The notes beneath the pieces are model-generated. The model worked only from the letters and a program-made list of their open reading frames with translations. It did no database searches and had not been told where the DNA came from. Positions 62,961 through 64,000 of a stretch of DNA of 64,000 nt are shown in pieces; position 1 is the stretch's first letter, and the number at the start of each line of letters is the position of its first letter. The stretch is from Chiloscyllium plagiosum (Eukaryota): positions 1,672,215 to 1,736,214 of the forward strand of contig NC_057760.1 in the NCBI RefSeq assembly GCF_004010195.1, written 5' to 3'. The translations under genes and the position numbers were made by a program.

Positions 62961-63128
62961 ACAGTAATAGGAGGAGATAGGAATGACTAAATTGTGACAG
63001 CTCAGGCCTCAGGCTGGAAGGGCCAATTCCTGATGAGCCGGTGTGAGAGCGCTGGTGAGGACACCCCAGGAGCTGCTGTTGTTCCTGTTCCTGTTCCCAC
63101 CCCCTCTGCTCCTTCTCCCTTGTATAGA

Positions 63129-63300
63129 CAGAGAGCGAGAGGCAGAGAGCGAGAGGCAGAGAGCGAGAGGCAGAGAGCGAGAGGCAGAGAGCGAGAGGCA
63201 GAGAGCGAGAGGCAGAGAGCGAGAGGCAGAGAGCGAGAGGCAGAGAGCGAGAGGCAGAGAGCGAGAGGCAGAGAGCGAGAGGCAGAGAGCGAGAGGCAGA
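63129..63300. repeat. 14-bp minisatellite (CAGAGAGCGAGAGG), about 12 copies
   Basis: Perfect tandem copies. Confidence 0.93.
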
Positions 63301-64000
63301 TGCAGCTGTGTTACGAGAATGTGAATTTTTTGCTCAAGGAACCTCAAGGAAAACCATTGTCAATTGAGATCTATGCACACTGGGTCAGGATTTGACAGTC
63401 AACATCGTTGCTATTACTAAATCACACCCTCCCTACATCCTAGTGGTTGCCCTTGACCAGAAACTGAACTGGACCAGCCTTACAACTAGAAAAGCTACAA
63501 ATGTAGGTAAGAGGCCAGGGTCCCTGCAGCAAGTAACTCACCTTCTGACTCTCCAAAGCCTGTCCACCATTGACAAGACATAAGTCAGAAGTGTGATGGA
63601 ATACTCCCCACTTATCTGGAAGAGTGCAGCTCCATCAACACTCAAGAAGATTGACACCCTGCAGGACAAAGCAGTCTTTTCGATCTGCACCACATCCACC
63701 ACCTTCAACATTCACACTTTCAATCAGCAACACAGTGACAACAGTACCTACCATCTACAGAATACACTTCAGTTGTTCACCAAGGCTCCTCCACCAGCAC
63801 CTTCCAAATCTGGAATTCCTGCCTCCCAGAGGACAAGGGCAGTAGATACACGAGAAGACCAGTCCATGGAAAATCCCCTCCGAGCCACACACCATCCTGA
63901 TTTGGAAATCCATTAGCTGTCCCTTCAGTTTCGCTGTTCAAAGTCCTGGCACTTCCTCCCTAACAGCACCGTGGGTGCTGTTCCTAAACCACATGGGCAT

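Overview
Repeat-rich vertebrate genomic DNA, very probably from a shark (inferred from the HE1-type tRNA V-SINE and the CR1 and Penelope repeat content). Right of a 500-N scaffold gap (21530-22029), the minus strand carries 18 consecutive coding exons of IQGAP3 (62479 down to 22066). All have GT-AG boundaries and compatible phases, and they join into 2467 nt (about 821 codons) covering the IR repeats, WW domain, four IQ motifs and the start of the GAP-related region. The gene stops at the gap, and I found no 3' IQGAP exons or other recognisable protein gene in 1-21529. The rest is CR1/L2-clade LINE fragments (one near full length, with an esterase ORF1), SINEs, micro- and minisatellites, and a 3.4-kb CpG-rich 24-bp satellite. 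The most interesting signal is a Penelope-like (GIY-YIG) fragment ending in a minimal hammerhead-ribozyme motif, plus about nine tiny (90-200 bp) insertions from several sequence families. These share the hammerhead core architecture with compensatory stem changes, are often head-to-head foldbacks, and several have 12-13 bp target-site duplications. Repeat boundaries are approximate; exon boundaries were read base by base.
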